The notes beneath the pieces were generated by a model. The model worked only from the letters and a program-made list of their open reading frames with translations, was not told where the DNA came from and made no database searches. From contig DATMHK010000048.1 in NCBI GenBank assembly GCA_035554995.1, positions 207 to 64,206 on the forward strand: a stretch of 64,000 nt of DNA. The letters run 5' to 3'. Of the stretch, positions 39,100 to 48,144 are shown piece after piece (position 1 is the first letter of the stretch; each line of letters starts with the position of its first letter). The position numbers were made by a program, and so were the translations under genes. This DNA comes from Gemmatimonadaceae bacterium (GTDB taxonomy: Bacteria > Gemmatimonadota > Gemmatimonadetes > Gemmatimonadales > Gemmatimonadaceae).

Positions 39100-40173
39100 C
39101 TAGGCTGGCGTCGGCGTGAGAGGGCGCTCGGCGTGAACGGCGAGCTGGAGATCACCCCGCTCGGATGCGGCAGACAGCGCCTCGATGACGTCGGGATCGA
39201 ACTGCGTCCCGGCGTGCTGCCGAATCTCGCGGACGGCTTCGTCGAGTGACATTTCGCCGGCGCGATATGGGCGATAGCCGGTCATCGCGTCGAGAGCGTC
39301 CGCCGCGGCAACGATGCGCGCTTCGAGCGGAATGGCCTTGCCCGCCAGACCGTCCGGCCGGCCGGAGCCGTCGAACCGCTCATGATGGGAACGCACGATG
39401 TTGAGCGCATGGGGCGCGTCGCCGAAGAGCGGCGACAAGAGACGCCAGCCGAGCATCGGGTGCGTCATGACGTGCGCATACTCTTCCGGCGTGAGTGGTC
39501 CCGGCTTGTTCAGCACCGACTCACGTACGCCGATCTTCCCGATGTCATGCACATGGCCGCCAAGCTCGATCTGACGAATCATTTCGGCGTCGAGTCCGAG
39601 CGATCGTGCGATGGCGACCGCGTACTGACTCACCCGAACCGAATGACCGCGCGTATACGGATCCTTCAGCTCGAGCGCCTCGGCGAGCGACTGAACGCTC
39701 GCCCAGTACATCTCCTCGAGTCGTCGCGACTGGGCCGCGACCCGTTCCTCGAGGTGCTCGCGGTGGGCGCGATTCTCGAGGAGGAGTCGTCGCTTGTCGA
39801 GCGCCTGCGACACGCGAGCGCGAACGTCCTCGAGCTGGTACGGCTTCACGACGTAGTCCCCGGCGCCGAGGGCGAGACAACTGACCGCCATCTCGACGTC
39901 GGCTACTGCCGTGATCATGACGACCGCGATGTCGGGGAAGCGCGCGCGGATGGCGCGCAGCAACTCCATGCCGTCCATCTTCGGCATGCGGAGGTCGCTC
40001 AAGACGAGGATGGCGGGCGTCGTCTCGAGGAGCATGAGCGCCTCGATCCCATTTGCCGCTTCCACGCACTGAAACCCGTCGCCGCGCATCAGGTGAGCCA
40101 TCACCTGTCGCAAACGAGGCTCGTCGTCGACGATCAAGCAGTACGGCGCGGAGGAGGCCGGCGAAACATTCAT
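39100..40173 (-). CDS. Response regulator with HD-GYP phosphodiesterase output domain
   Basis: Start trimmed to MNVSPASSAPYCLIVDDEP. The REC domain has DLRMPKMDG, and the HD-GYP domain has HVHDIGK...HHERFDGSGRPDGL. Confidence 0.9.
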   Translation of the reverse strand: MNVSPASSAPYCLIVDDEPRLRQVMAHLMRGDGFQCVEAANGIEALMLLETTPAILVLSDLRMPKMDGMELLRAIRARFPDIAVVMITAVADVEMAVSCLALGAGDYVVKPYQLEDVRARVSQALDKRRLLLENRAHREHLEERVAAQSRRLEEMYWASVQSLAEALELKDPYTRGHSVRVSQYAVAIARSLGLDAEMIRQIELGGHVHDIGKIGVRESVLNKPGPLTPEEYAHVMTHPMLGWRLLSPLFGDAPHALNIVRSHHERFDGSGRPDGLAGKAIPLEARIVAAADALDAMTGYRPYRAGEMSLDEAVREIRQHAGTQFDPDVIEALSAASERGDLQLAVHAERPLTPTPA

Positions 40174-40248
40174 GGGTGGGCGCGTCGGTTTCCGACTGGT
40201 CGGACGAGCGGTTAACTTCTTCGCAAACCCCAGTGACCGAGTATCGGC

Positions 40249-41487
40249 ATGACGCGCGTATTTGATGAGGACCTGATCCCCGGATTCGGCACGCGGGCGA
40301 TCCACGCCGGACAACGACCCGAGCCCCTCGCCGGCGCGATCATGACACCGGTGTACCTCACGTCCACATACGTGCAGGAAGGATTGGGGCAGAACAAAGG
40401 CTACGAGTACGCTCGCGGGAAAAACCCTACGCGCGAAGCGTTCGAGCGGAACGTCGCCGCGCTCGAAAACGGCCGGCACGGATTCGCTTTCGCCAGCGGT
40501 ATGGCTTGCCTCGACTCGATTATGAAGCTCTTACGAGCGGGCGACCACGTGATCTGCGCCGAGAACGTGTACGGTGGGACCTTCCGCCTTTTCGACAAGA
40601 TTCTTCAAAACTTCGGTCTCTCCTTCTCTTTCATAGACACGCGCGATCCGCAGCGAGTCGCCGATGCCGTCACACCGAAGACACGCGCGATTCTCGTGGA
40701 GACGCCGAGCAATCCGTTGATGCGTCTCACCGACATCGCGGCGGTGGCCGAGATCGCGCGTCGCGCGGGCGCTTTGCTCATCGTCGACAACACTTTCGCG
40801 TCGCCGTACTTCCAGCGTCCGTTGGAGCTCGGCGCCGACATCGTGTATCACTCGACCACGAAGTATCTGAACGGCCACAGCGACATGATCGGCGGCTGCG
40901 CGGTGGTGCGCGACGATGGCCTCGCCGAGCGCCTGCAGTTCATTCACAACGCCGCCGGCGCGGTCGCGGGCCCATTCGACGCCTGGCTCGCGCTGCGAGG
41001 GACCAAGACCCTGCACCTTCGCATGCGCCAGCATGACGCGAACGGCCGAGAGGTGGCGAAGTGGCTGGTCGAGCGCGTGGGGCATGAGAACGTGTATTAC
41101 ATCGGGCTCCCGACGCATCCGCAGCACGACCTGGCGCGCCGCCAGATGACCGGCTTCGGTGGAATGATCAGCGTGGAGCTCGGAACGCGCGAGCGGGCCG
41201 CTCATGTGTTGGAGCGCGTCCGCGTGTTCGCGCTCGCAGAGTCGCTTGGCGGCGTCGAATCGCTGATCAGCCAACCGGCCGGGATGACCCACGCGTCGGT
41301 TCCGCCGGATCGACGCGCCGCGCTGGGCCTGAGCGATGGGTTGGTCCGGCTTTCCTGCGGTGTCGAGGATGTGGGCGATCTCCTCGCCGACCTCGAGCAG
41401 GCGTTCGAAGGCATCCCGGAAGTGGCGCGTCGCGACGCTGCATCAGGGACCAAGAACCGAGACACAAAGCAGCGCGCGGCGACGTAG
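40249..41487 (+). CDS. Cys/Met-metabolism PLP enzyme (cystathionine gamma-synthase/gamma-lyase family)
   Basis: 412 aa. Motifs are FGTRAIHAGQ and STTKYLNGHSDMIGG (PLP-lysine motif). Exact specificity is not determinable here. Confidence 0.9.
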   Translation: MTRVFDEDLIPGFGTRAIHAGQRPEPLAGAIMTPVYLTSTYVQEGLGQNKGYEYARGKNPTREAFERNVAALENGRHGFAFASGMACLDSIMKLLRAGDHVICAENVYGGTFRLFDKILQNFGLSFSFIDTRDPQRVADAVTPKTRAILVETPSNPLMRLTDIAAVAEIARRAGALLIVDNTFASPYFQRPLELGADIVYHSTTKYLNGHSDMIGGCAVVRDDGLAERLQFIHNAAGAVAGPFDAWLALRGTKTLHLRMRQHDANGREVAKWLVERVGHENVYYIGLPTHPQHDLARRQMTGFGGMISVELGTRERAAHVLERVRVFALAESLGGVESLISQPAGMTHASVPPDRRAALGLSDGLVRLSCGVEDVGDLLADLEQAFEGIPEVARRDAASGTKNRDTKQRAAT

Positions 41488-41533
41488 TCAGAGGAGTCTC
41501 CGTCGCGACTCGGCCTTCAACTCGAGTACCGCC

Positions 41534-42508
41534 ATGCCAAACCGCGTTCCGCTCGTTCAGATCTCGTCCCGCGCCTGGGAGCATCCCGCCGATCGCGCGG
41601 CGCTCAATACACTGCGCGCCATTCCCGGCTTCGACGAAGTCGTGCGCAAGGTAGCCGGCTTCTTCGGCGAACGCGGGATTCGGCAGCTCTTCCTTGGCGA
41701 CGCGGTGAAAGTCACCGCCGGGCAACGTCCGAAGATGAACGCGATGTGGACCGAGGTGCTCGAGACGCTGGATTGGCCCGAGCGTCCCGAGCTGTACGTG
41801 AGCCAGACGCCGATCGCCAACGCGATGGCCGTGGGCTTCGACAAGCCATTTGTGGTCATGCATTCGGGCCTGCTCGAGATCCTGGACGAAGAGGAGCAGC
41901 GCGCGATCCTCGGCCACGAGCTCGGCCACATCATGAGCGGCCATCCGACATACACGACGATCGCGATCATCCTCATGTACTTCGGCGTGAGCAACCTGCC
42001 CTTCCTCGCCGCCGCGGCGATCCTGCCCTTCCAGCTGGCCATTCTCGAGTGGCATCGCAAGAGCGAGTTCTCGTCCGACCGAGCTGGACTCCTCGCCGTA
42101 CAAGACCTCGACACGGTGATGGCGGCGGAGATGAAGCTCGCCGGCGGCAAGCCATACGGCGACGAGCTGCGCGTCGAGGAATTCATTCGCCAGGCCGAGC
42201 AGTACGAGACGGGCGGCGATGCGTGGGACATGGTATTGAAGATCTTGAATACGGTGATGCGCACGCACCCGATGCATACGGTTCGCGCCGCCGAGCTGTT
42301 GCGATGGCAGCGATCCGGCGGGTATGAGAAGATCCTTGCCGGCGATTACCCACGCCGCGGTCCGGGCGAAGGTGACGCGCCGCTGAGCGACGATTTCGTC
42401 GATGCGGCAGGCTATTACGGGCAGAAGACGCGCGACACGGTGAATCAGTTCAAGGACGGCCTGCGCAGCGCCCGAGACTCCGTGACCTCGGCCTGGCGTA
42501 ATCGATGA
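41534..42508 (+). CDS. M48-family zinc metalloprotease
   Basis: Start trimmed to MPNRVPLVQISS. The zinc motif is HELGHIMSGH (HExxH), with downstream hydrophobic segments and EFSSDRAG. Confidence 0.85.
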   Translation: MPNRVPLVQISSRAWEHPADRAALNTLRAIPGFDEVVRKVAGFFGERGIRQLFLGDAVKVTAGQRPKMNAMWTEVLETLDWPERPELYVSQTPIANAMAVGFDKPFVVMHSGLLEILDEEEQRAILGHELGHIMSGHPTYTTIAIILMYFGVSNLPFLAAAAILPFQLAILEWHRKSEFSSDRAGLLAVQDLDTVMAAEMKLAGGKPYGDELRVEEFIRQAEQYETGGDAWDMVLKILNTVMRTHPMHTVRAAELLRWQRSGGYEKILAGDYPRRGPGEGDAPLSDDFVDAAGYYGQKTRDTVNQFKDGLRSARDSVTSAWRNR

Positions 42509-43818
42509 AGGTTCTCCTCGTAGGCGGCGGCGGGCGCGAGCACGCGCTCGCCTGGCGCCTGCGACTGGAAGATCCCCGAACAGAGATTCTTGCGGCCCCC
42601 GGCAATCCGGGCATCGCCGAGCTTGCGACGTGCCTCCCGGTCGCGTCGACGGATATCGACGCGTTGGCGACCGTTGCGCGACAACACAAAACCGATTGGA
42701 CGCTCGTCGGTCCGGAGGCGCCCCTCGCCGCGGGGATCGTCGATCGTTTCCGCGCCGAGGGAATGCCGGTCTTCGGGCCGACACGGGCCGCGGCGATGCT
42801 CGAAACGTCGAAGGCGTTTTCGAAGTCGTTGATGCTCGACGCCGGCGTGCCGACGGCGCGCGCGGTGACCTGTGAAACCTTGTACGAGGCGGAACGAGCG
42901 ATCGCCGAGATCGGCGCGCCGCTCGTCGTGAAGGCGTCGGGGCTCGCGGCGGGCAAAGGCGTGATCATCTGCCAGACGGCCAAGGATGCGCTGCAGGCGG
43001 CGACGGCGATGCTGAGCGAGAACATTTTCGGGGACGCCGGCAACACGTTGCTGATCGAAGAATTCATGGAGGGCGAAGAGCTCTCGATGTTCTTCGTCAC
43101 CGACGGCGAGTTCAGCTACGCTCTTCCTCCGGCACAGGACCACAAACGACTGTTGGACGGCGATCGAGGTCCGAACACCGGCGGCATGGGGGCGTATTCG
43201 CCCGTCGCACTCGCGCCGCTTTACTCGCCGCTCTTCGAGGACGTCGCGTCAAGAGTCGTTCGGCCGACGCTCGAGGCGATGCGACGACGCGGCACTCCGT
43301 TCACCGGACTGCTGTACGCGGGCTTGATGCTGACCGACGAGGGGCCGAAGGTCGTGGAGTTCAATTGTCGGTTCGGCGACCCGGAGACCCAGGTCGTGCT
43401 TCCAGCGCTCCAGAGTGGTCTCCCGATGTCCGATTGGTTGGCCAAAGTCGCGCGCGGCGAGTCGCTGCGCGCCGATGCAGCGCTTACCTGGCAGGGCGCG
43501 GCGCTCACGACCGTGCTCGCCGCGGACGGTTATCCGGAGAAGCCCCGCGCCGGCGATCGCATCGAGATCCCGGTGGTACCGGATGACGCGCTGGTTTTCC
43601 ACGCCGGAACCAAGCGCGATGCCGCCGGCAATCTGGTCACGGCGGGCGGCCGGGTGCTCGCCGTCACCGGTCTCGGAGAATCGGTCGAGCAGGCACGCGA
43701 CAGGAGTCAGGAGCTCGCCGCCGCGATTCAGTTCGACGGCAAGCAATACCGCACCGACATCGGGTGGCGCGAGCTGGCGCGTCGCTCCGAAGTAGCGAAG
43801 GGTGCCGGAGCTTCCTGA
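42505..43818 (+). CDS. purD: Phosphoribosylamine--glycine ligase
   Basis: 437 aa. Motifs are MKVLLVGGGGREHALAWRL, an ATP-grasp core and GPNTGGMGAYSP. There is an ATGA overlap with the upstream gene. Confidence 0.96.
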   Translation: MKVLLVGGGGREHALAWRLRLEDPRTEILAAPGNPGIAELATCLPVASTDIDALATVARQHKTDWTLVGPEAPLAAGIVDRFRAEGMPVFGPTRAAAMLETSKAFSKSLMLDAGVPTARAVTCETLYEAERAIAEIGAPLVVKASGLAAGKGVIICQTAKDALQAATAMLSENIFGDAGNTLLIEEFMEGEELSMFFVTDGEFSYALPPAQDHKRLLDGDRGPNTGGMGAYSPVALAPLYSPLFEDVASRVVRPTLEAMRRRGTPFTGLLYAGLMLTDEGPKVVEFNCRFGDPETQVVLPALQSGLPMSDWLAKVARGESLRADAALTWQGAALTTVLAADGYPEKPRAGDRIEIPVVPDDALVFHAGTKRDAAGNLVTAGGRVLAVTGLGESVEQARDRSQELAAAIQFDGKQYRTDIGWRELARRSEVAKGAGAS

Positions 43819-44629
43819 AACCGAGACCATCGCTCGCGACCTCGATCGCGAGATCGCAGGACGGACTGTTGTCGCCGTTCGCGTCCGCCGCTCCGACGTC
43901 CTCCGTGAGGTTGGCTCGCGCACGCTGAGCAAGCGAATGGTCGGCTCGAGGATCACTCGGTCGTGGCGACGCGCGAAGCTCGTCGTGCTCGATCTCTCCA
44001 GCGGCGACCGGCTCGTCGTTCAGCCGCGGTTCACCGGCGCGCTCTTGATCGACGCCGGCGACCTTCCCGCGCGCGAGCGTGAGTACTCGACCGTCGAGTT
44101 CGTCCTCGACGACGGCCGGTCGCTTCACTATCGCGACATTCGCCGGCTCGGAACCGTCGCGCTGATGGACGCCGTCCGGTTCTCAGGCTATTCCGCGGCG
44201 TTGGGCGTAGAGCCACTTGACCGGGCGTTCACCGCAGATCATCTATCGGGCCTTCTTCGGGGCAGCCGACAAGCGGTCAAAAAGGTGCTGATGGACCAGC
44301 GTGGCGTCGTCGGGATCGGAAACATCTACGCGAACGAGGCGCTCTGGCGCGCTCGCATCGATCCGTCACGAGCCGCCAAGACGCTGTCCGCGCCCGAAGC
44401 GTCGGCGTTGCGCGCGGCGATCGTCGAGGTACTGACCGAGTCCATCGCGCACCGCGGAACCAGCTTTCGCGACTACCGGGACGCGAGTGGAGAGCGCGGC
44501 GGCTTCGTCGAACGGCTCGCCGTGTACGGCCGAGCAGGCCAACCGTGTCCGCGTTGCGGACGCCGGCTCGTCGGGACGCACGCCATCGATGGCCGCATGA
44601 CCGTCCTATGCGCGCGCTGTCAAAAGTAG
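43802..44629 (+). CDS. mutM: Formamidopyrimidine-DNA glycosylase
   Basis: 275 aa. The N-terminus is (M)PELPETETI with catalytic Pro2, and the C-terminal zinc finger is CPRCG...CARCQ. Confidence 0.95.
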   Translation: MPELPETETIARDLDREIAGRTVVAVRVRRSDVLREVGSRTLSKRMVGSRITRSWRRAKLVVLDLSSGDRLVVQPRFTGALLIDAGDLPAREREYSTVEFVLDDGRSLHYRDIRRLGTVALMDAVRFSGYSAALGVEPLDRAFTADHLSGLLRGSRQAVKKVLMDQRGVVGIGNIYANEALWRARIDPSRAAKTLSAPEASALRAAIVEVLTESIAHRGTSFRDYRDASGERGGFVERLAVYGRAGQPCPRCGRRLVGTHAIDGRMTVLCARCQK

Positions 44630-45741
44630 CCCTGCTTCGGCCGCCCACGTCGGACGAACAGATCGCCGAAATGCGATCTCACGTCCGCGACAACGCGCTC
44701 GACCGCCCCGGCGTGTATCGCATGATCGCCGGCGACGGTGAGATCGTATACGTCGGCAAATCGAAGCGGGTGCGGTCGCGGCTCCTCAGCTACTTTCGCG
44801 CGGCGTTCCCCGAGGAAAAGGGCGCGCGGATCCTGCGGGACGCCGAGCGAATCGAATGGGAGTACGTGCCGAGCGAATTCGCGGCGCTGCTCGCCGAGCT
44901 TCGGCTGATCAAGCAATTCCGTCCTCGGTTCAACGTCGCCATGAAACACGACGGGCGAAACTACTGCTTCATCAAGGTGACCAAAGGTCCGGCGCCGAAA
45001 CTCATGGTCGTTCGCGGCCCCGGCGCGGACGACTCAGCGATCTATTACGGGCCGTTCATGGGCGCGATGGGCGTGAGCGAGTCGGTTCGCGAGCTCAACG
45101 ACGTGCTGGGGCTTCGCGACTGCGCCGCCGACCAGCAAATGAATTTCGCGGACCAGTCGGAGCTGTTCGACGCTTTCCCTCGCACACCGGGCTGCATTCG
45201 GTTCGAGGTGAAGAAGTGCCTCGGACCATGCGTCGGCGGGTGTACGACCCAGCAGTACGATCAACGGCTTGCTCTGGCGCGGGCGTTTCTCGATGGAACG
45301 GACGACGGGCCGATCGAGCACCTTCGGCGCGAGATGGAACAGGCGAGCGAGCGGCTCGAGTACGAACGCGCCGCTGTTCTGCGCGACAAGCTGAAACGAC
45401 TCGAGGCGTTGCGCGGCCAGTTCGCGAGACTGCGCTTCGCCGTGGAGACGTTGTCGTTCGTTTATGCCGTGCCGGGACACGAAGGCGACGATCGCGTTTA
45501 CCTGATTCGTCGCGGACGTGTTCGCGCGGAGCTCGACCGACCCGCCACGCCCGACGACGCGACGAGGTTGCTCGGGCTGATCGACGAGGTCTTCACTCCG
45601 GTCGAGCGCAACACCGCGCGGATCCCAACGCACGAGATCGACGAGCTGCTGTTACTCTCCTCGTGGTTCCGACGATTCCCGGGAGAGCTCGAGCGTACGA
45701 GCGTGGCAGGAGGCATTGCTCCGCTCGCCGCGGCGTCCTGA
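44608..45741 (+). CDS. UvrC-like GIY-YIG nuclease lacking the C-terminal endonuclease/HhH half
   Basis: About 377 aa. GIY-YIG is GVYRMIAGDGEIVYVGKSKRVRSRLLSYF, and the UVR-like helix is LEYERAAVLRDKLKRLEAL. The ORF ends without a UvrC C-terminal domain. Confidence 0.8.
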   Translation: MRALSKVALLRPPTSDEQIAEMRSHVRDNALDRPGVYRMIAGDGEIVYVGKSKRVRSRLLSYFRAAFPEEKGARILRDAERIEWEYVPSEFAALLAELRLIKQFRPRFNVAMKHDGRNYCFIKVTKGPAPKLMVVRGPGADDSAIYYGPFMGAMGVSESVRELNDVLGLRDCAADQQMNFADQSELFDAFPRTPGCIRFEVKKCLGPCVGGCTTQQYDQRLALARAFLDGTDDGPIEHLRREMEQASERLEYERAAVLRDKLKRLEALRGQFARLRFAVETLSFVYAVPGHEGDDRVYLIRRGRVRAELDRPATPDDATRLLGLIDEVFTPVERNTARIPTHEIDELLLLSSWFRRFPGELERTSVAGGIAPLAAAS

Positions 45742-45746
45742 TCGGC

Positions 45747-45770
45747 GACTCGGCGGCTCGGCGGCTCGGC
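45747..45770. repeat. Octamer array NNCTCGGC x3
   Basis: GACTCGGC GGCTCGGC GGCTCGGC lies 6 nt after the stop of the uvrC-like gene. Confidence 0.8.
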
Positions 45771-45843
45771 TCGACCTGCTCATGTGGCGCGCCTCGTGCA
45801 CTGCCAGCGCGCACAGCAGCGAGAGCATCCACGCGGAGCGGCA

Positions 45844-46065
45844 ATGGCGACCACATCCTGGCAACCGACGACGTTGGTTCAGTGCGTGAGCACCAAGCCA
45901 TGGCTCGTCTATCCAGGCTGCGACGAACCCGGCGGCTGCCACGATCTCACGCTCGGCAAGATCTACGAGATGCTTGGCGTGGAAGGGAACGGGTCGTTTT
46001 ACCGGATCGTCGATGACTCGGGGGAAGATTTTCTGTACCCGGTCTCGCACTTCAAGGCGATCTAG
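45844..46065 (+). CDS. Small hypothetical protein (73 aa)
   Basis: An ORF with GC-rich third positions in an otherwise empty gap, reading MATTSWQPTTLVQC...FYRIVDDSGEDFLYPVSHFKAI. No family is recognised. Confidence 0.45.
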   Translation: MATTSWQPTTLVQCVSTKPWLVYPGCDEPGGCHDLTLGKIYEMLGVEGNGSFYRIVDDSGEDFLYPVSHFKAI

Positions 46066-46067
46066 CG

Positions 46068-46550
46068 CTAGCTGAGCCCCACCAACGCGACCGACGCCTC
46101 ACCACCGCTGATCGTCAGGCGCGCGACGCTCGGCTGAAGGTCGAACCGCCGCGGCCCCGCCGCGCCCGGGTTCACCACCCAACGGTGGTCCGCCTCAACA
46201 ACGAGTTGTTTGTGCGTATGCCCGTACACGATCACGTCGGCGCTATATCGCTCGAGCAGCTTGGCCGGCGTCGGACTGCCAACCTCGTTGCCGTGGCTGA
46301 CGTGAATCTTTAGTCCACCGATTTCCGTGTCGATGCGCTCGACGAGATCGGGATCACCCGGTGGATCGGTGTTGCCGAACACGGCGCGCGTCGGCGCGAT
46401 CAGCTCCAGCTCGCGAAGGATCTCGCTTCCGCCGACGTCGCCGGCGTGCAGAATGAGCTCGACGCCGGCGAACGCAGTGTGCACGTCAGCGCGAAGCAGG
46501 CCGTGCGTGTCGGAGATGAGGCCGATCACGTGAACGCCGGCGTCGCTCAC
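46068..46550 (-). CDS. Metallophosphoesterase, YfcE/MJ0936 family
   Basis: I prefer the GTG that overlaps the ubiX stop (GTGA). Motifs are GLISDTHG, LHAGDV, GNTD and YGHTH. Confidence 0.85.
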   Translation of the reverse strand: MSDAGVHVIGLISDTHGLLRADVHTAFAGVELILHAGDVGGSEILRELELIAPTRAVFGNTDPPGDPDLVERIDTEIGGLKIHVSHGNEVGSPTPAKLLERYSADVIVYGHTHKQLVVEADHRWVVNPGAAGPRRFDLQPSVARLTISGGEASVALVGLS

Positions 46551-47155
46551 TCCTCTGCCCCGCTGGCCCCCCCCCACCGCGCGACGAGGCGGTGCGGGAC
46601 GCCGAAGTGATCGAGGACGCGCGCGACCACGAAGTTCACGAGGTCGTCGATCGACTTTGGCCCGTGATAGAACCCCGGCGCGGCCGGCATGATGATCACG
46701 CCCGCGTGCGTGAGGCGGAGCATGTTCTCGAGGTGGATCGCGCTGAGTGGCGTCTCACGAGGCACGAGAATCAGCTTTCGGCGCTCCTTGAGCGCGACGT
46801 CGGCGGCGCGTTCGACCAGCGAGCGCGACGCGCCGACGGAGATCGCCGACAGGGTGCCCATCGAGCACGGACAGATGACCATCCCGTCGCTCAGCGCCGA
46901 ACCCGACGCCGGCGTGGCGCCTCGATCGCCGTCGTCGAACACCGTGATCGAGCGGTCCCACCGTTCGGCGCCGACGTGCGAGCGGAGCGCCTCGAGAGAG
47001 GCGATACCCATCTCGGTGTCGAGCAGACGAAATCCGTGGCTCGACACGATGAGTTGTACGGGCCGGCGCGCTTCCGTGAGCGCCTCGAGCAGCCGAACGG
47101 CGTATGGCGCGCCCGAGGCACCGGTGATCGCGACGACGATCGGCCGTTCGCTCAT
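46547..47155 (-). CDS. ubiX: Flavin prenyltransferase UbiX
   Basis: 202 aa. Motifs are IVVAITGASGAPYAVRLLEAL and ICPCSMGTLSAI. Confidence 0.93.
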   Translation of the reverse strand: MSERPIVVAITGASGAPYAVRLLEALTEARRPVQLIVSSHGFRLLDTEMGIASLEALRSHVGAERWDRSITVFDDGDRGATPASGSALSDGMVICPCSMGTLSAISVGASRSLVERAADVALKERRKLILVPRETPLSAIHLENMLRLTHAGVIIMPAAPGFYHGPKSIDDLVNFVVARVLDHFGVPHRLVARWGGASGAEE

Positions 47156-48144
47156 CGGCCTGTTGGCAGAAAGGCGAGAACGACCGGGTTCGAGTGTACG
47201 AGCCGCTCGACGAGGGCCGCGGCGAAGAACGCGATGCTGATCACGCCGTTCATCGTGAAGAACGCGGCGTCGAGCCTCGAGAAGTCATCGTGCTTCACCA
47301 GCGAATGCTCGTACAGCAGCAACCCCGCGGTGATGACGACGCCCGTCGCATAGAAGGATCCGGCATGCGTTCCAGTGAACGTCGCCGCTCCGACTGCCGC
47401 CAGACAGAGAACCGTCGTCACGTGAAGCGAGCGCGCCATGAGCAGCGCCCGCCGTGGACCAAACGACGCGGGAAGCGAGTGGAGACTCAAGCTGCGGTCG
47501 AAGTCGATGTCCTGGAGCGCGTATAGCACGTCGAAGCCCGCGCCCCACGTCGCCACGGCCAGGGCGAGAGCGATGAGCATCCACCATGGATCGCTCCAGG
47601 CGCCGGTAACGGCGAGATATCCGCCGACTGGAGCGATCGACATGCCGACGCCGAGCACGAGATGACACCAGCGCGTGAAGCGTTTGGTGAAGCTGTAGAA
47701 GAAGACCCAGCCCAACGCGACCGGCGAGAGCAATCCGCACAGCCGGTTCAGCTGCCAGGCGGCGAGGACGAAGAGCAGCGACGCCACCGCCACGGCGATC
47801 ATCGCTTCAGTCACGCGTAAAGCGCCGCTCGGAATCTCGCGTCGTTGCGTGCGCGGATTCCTGGCGTCGATCGCCCGGTCCACGATGCGGTTGAAGCCCA
47901 TCGCGGCAAAGCGCGCACAGGTGAACGCCAACACGACCCAGCCCAGCGCTCCCCAGGTGACGGGCGCCCGGTACGACGCCAGCACGACACCGACGAGCGC
48001 GAACGGCAGCGCGAATAGCGTGTGCGGCAGCTTCACGAAATTCACATAGACGAGCCAGCGCGACCCGCGATGCTCGAAGGTCTGTCCTTCGCGCGAGTCC
48101 GTGCGCGGCGATTCCTGCTGCGGAAAGCCCGACGCCGCGCCCAT
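47152..48144 (-). CDS. ubiA: UbiA-family aromatic prenyltransferase (4-hydroxybenzoate polyprenyltransferase-like)
   Basis: Start trimmed to the ATG forming an ATGA overlap with the ubiD stop. The protein is multi-TM with NRIVDRAIDARNPRT (the NxxxDxxxD motif) and YALQDIDFD. Confidence 0.88.
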   Translation of the reverse strand: MGAASGFPQQESPRTDSREGQTFEHRGSRWLVYVNFVKLPHTLFALPFALVGVVLASYRAPVTWGALGWVVLAFTCARFAAMGFNRIVDRAIDARNPRTQRREIPSGALRVTEAMIAVAVASLLFVLAAWQLNRLCGLLSPVALGWVFFYSFTKRFTRWCHLVLGVGMSIAPVGGYLAVTGAWSDPWWMLIALALAVATWGAGFDVLYALQDIDFDRSLSLHSLPASFGPRRALLMARSLHVTTVLCLAAVGAATFTGTHAGSFYATGVVITAGLLLYEHSLVKHDDFSRLDAAFFTMNGVISIAFFAAALVERLVHSNPVVLAFLPTGR

